From assembly GCA_964016885.1 (NCBI GenBank), contig OZ024744.1, forward strand, positions 128,402,001-128,466,000: a stretch of DNA of 64,000 nt. Reading direction: 5' to 3'. This document shows positions 63,601-64,000 of this stretch, one piece after another. The notes under the pieces are model-generated. The model ran no database searches. It was not told where the DNA came from and saw only the letters and a program-made list of their open reading frames with translations. Both the position numbers and the translations under genes were made by a program. Each line of letters opens with the position of its first letter. Within the stretch, counting starts at the first letter, position 1. This DNA is from Eledone cirrhosa (Eukaryota).

Positions 63601-64000
63601 TTGGGGTTAAGTTAAGTTGGGGTTAAGTTAAGTTGGGGTTAAGTTAAGTTAGGGTTAATTTCAGTTGGGGTTATGTTAAGTTGGGGTTAAGTTAAGTTGG
63701 GGTTAAGTTAAGTTGAGGTTAAGTTAAGTTGGAGTTAAGTTAAGTTGGGGTTAAGCTAAGTTGGGGTTAAGTTAATTTGCGGTTAAGTTAGGTTGTGGGT
63801 TAAGTTAAGTTGGGGTTAAGTTAAGCTGGTGTTAAGTTAGGGTAAGTTAAGTTGGGGTTAAGTTAAGTTGGGGTTAAGTTAGGTTGGGGTTAAGTTAAGT
63901 TGGGGTTAAGTTAAGTTGGGGTTGAGTTAAGTTGGGGTTGAGTTAAGTTGGGGTTAAGTTAAGTTGGGGTTAAGTTAAGTTGGGGTTAAGTTAAGTTGGG
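60690..64000 (+). repeat. Resumption of the ~7.2-kb higher-order repeat; copy of ~44,575-47,900 at offset 16,114
   Basis: GATTATTGTTAATTTATTTT at 44691/60805, TAGAG at 45979/62093, TTGCGG marker at 47663/63777. Private variants GTCAG (46917/63031) and CTGGTG (47712/63826) are shared. Confidence 0.9.

Larger units (their letters stand above)
1..64000 (+). repeat. 16-bp tandem satellite, consensus TTAAGTTAAGTTGGGG (5+5+6 sub-repeats), about 4,000 monomers in one orientation, running off both window ends
   Basis: The monomer is read directly throughout. Consensus composition is T6 A4 G6 C0. Variants are mostly single substitutions, with occasional 11-bp (TTAAGTTGGGG), 15-bp and 17-bp monomers. 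No non-repeat sequence was seen. Confidence 0.99.

Noticed and set aside
1-64000. Protein-coding repeat ORF
   Set aside because: Each monomer has two TAA triplets on each strand, and the 16-bp period cycles them through all frames.
1-64000. CRISPR array or other repeat-spacer system
   Set aside because: There are no unique spacers, leader or cas genes; monomers abut directly.
1-64000. Dense TTAA sites as piggyBac targets or excision footprints
   Set aside because: No terminal inverted repeats or insertions are present; TTAA is simply part of the monomer.
1-64000. Synthetic or low-quality artefactual sequence
   Set aside because: Variants recur faithfully at fixed offsets in a nested, tree-like pattern, as expected of a real, accurately assembled satellite. 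Individual junctions still need read support.
1-64000. Variant pattern as an encoded message or novel gene system
   Set aside because: The pattern is explained by duplication, slippage and conversion; nothing in the sequence supports a coding role.

Overview
The whole 64-kb window is one uninterrupted, head-to-tail tandem satellite with a 16-bp consensus monomer TTAAG-TTAAG-TTGGGG (about 4,000 copies; reverse strand CCCCAACTTAACTTAA). I see no genes, RNA genes, transposons, CRISPR spacers, unique sequence or inversions. TAA stops occur in all six frames. The information lies in rare variant monomers, which I tracked by eye. They show nested higher-order repeats with offsets of about 3.5, 6.7, 7.7, 4.6-4.7, 7.2/8.7 and 1.76 kb. 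They also show a ~10-kb segment copied 31 kb away, a short gene-conversion patch, and new variants that repeat a neighbouring variant 5 or 16 bp away. The monomer is telomere-like: one strand is G-rich and almost C-free, it contains TTGGGG, and TTAAG resembles the insect repeat TTAGG. The array nonetheless evolves like recombination-maintained satellite DNA. It is probably eukaryotic heterochromatin (centromeric or subtelomeric), but the organism and function cannot be determined from this window. Block boundaries are approximate because breakpoints fall in near-identical monomers.
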